Position numbers and translations under genes: made by a program. A stretch of DNA of 64,000 nt from Phoronis australis (taxonomy: Eukaryota; Animalia; Phoronida): NCBI GenBank assembly GCA_002633005.1, contig NMRA01000189.1:34406-98405 (forward strand), in the 5' to 3' direction. The notes beneath the pieces were generated by a model that saw only the letters and a program-made list of their open reading frames with translations, searched no databases and had not been told where the DNA came from. Position 1 is the stretch's first letter, and each line of letters opens with the position of its first letter. Below are positions 63,710 through 64,000 of the stretch, one piece after another.

Positions 63710-64000
63710 CAGGGCTTGGAATTTTCCGCGGAAACGCGGATTTCCGCTTTTTTCAAATGTTCTTTCCGCGTATTTTATTATATTTCCGCGTAAAAAAAAT
63801 CGGATTTGATAGAAAATTTCCGCGGCAAATGTCTTTCTTACCGCCGCGTTGCCGACGACTTTCACCTCGAAAAGCGGAAGTTGCTCTTTATCTTTCGGAG
63901 GAACCTAAATTGTCAACTTGCCGGGGCATCTGGGATAGCATGCGGCATGGCGGCTCGTGTGACTGTAAACCGCGGTGACAAATACTACGACTCTGTAGCC
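63710..64000. mobile_element. Second copy of the CAGGGCTTGGAAT MITE, truncated by the window end
   Basis: Highly similar to 60661-60950 in the same orientation. Confidence 0.85.

Overview
AT-rich, intron-rich eukaryotic (invertebrate animal-like) genomic DNA with single-N assembly gaps at 578, 19674, 22607 and 41974. I read five protein-coding genes by manual splicing. (1) A TBK1/IKK-epsilon-family kinase (minus, about 1062-16741, 3' end unresolved). (2) An intronless class A GPCR (minus, 25891-26907). (3) A complete 20-exon muskelin/MKLN1 gene (minus, 31490-55867). (4) A RING-Bbox-Bbox-coiled-coil-NHL TRIM gene nested antisense in muskelin intron 15 (plus, 39179-42330, interrupted by a gap). 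(5) A head-to-head neighbour of muskelin (plus, 58639 to beyond the window end) encoding an N-terminal membrane anchor, a ZZ zinc finger and the start of a calcineurin-B/NCS-like EF-hand region, resembling a family I recall mainly from fungi. Non-coding sequence holds many MITEs (several with 5-bp TSDs), tRNA-derived SINE heads, a decayed LINE, palindromes and tandem repeats. One 38-bp array replicates a muskelin splice donor 11 times. Most short ORFs in the supplied track are spurious or exon fragments. Family assignments come from remembered motifs, not database searches.
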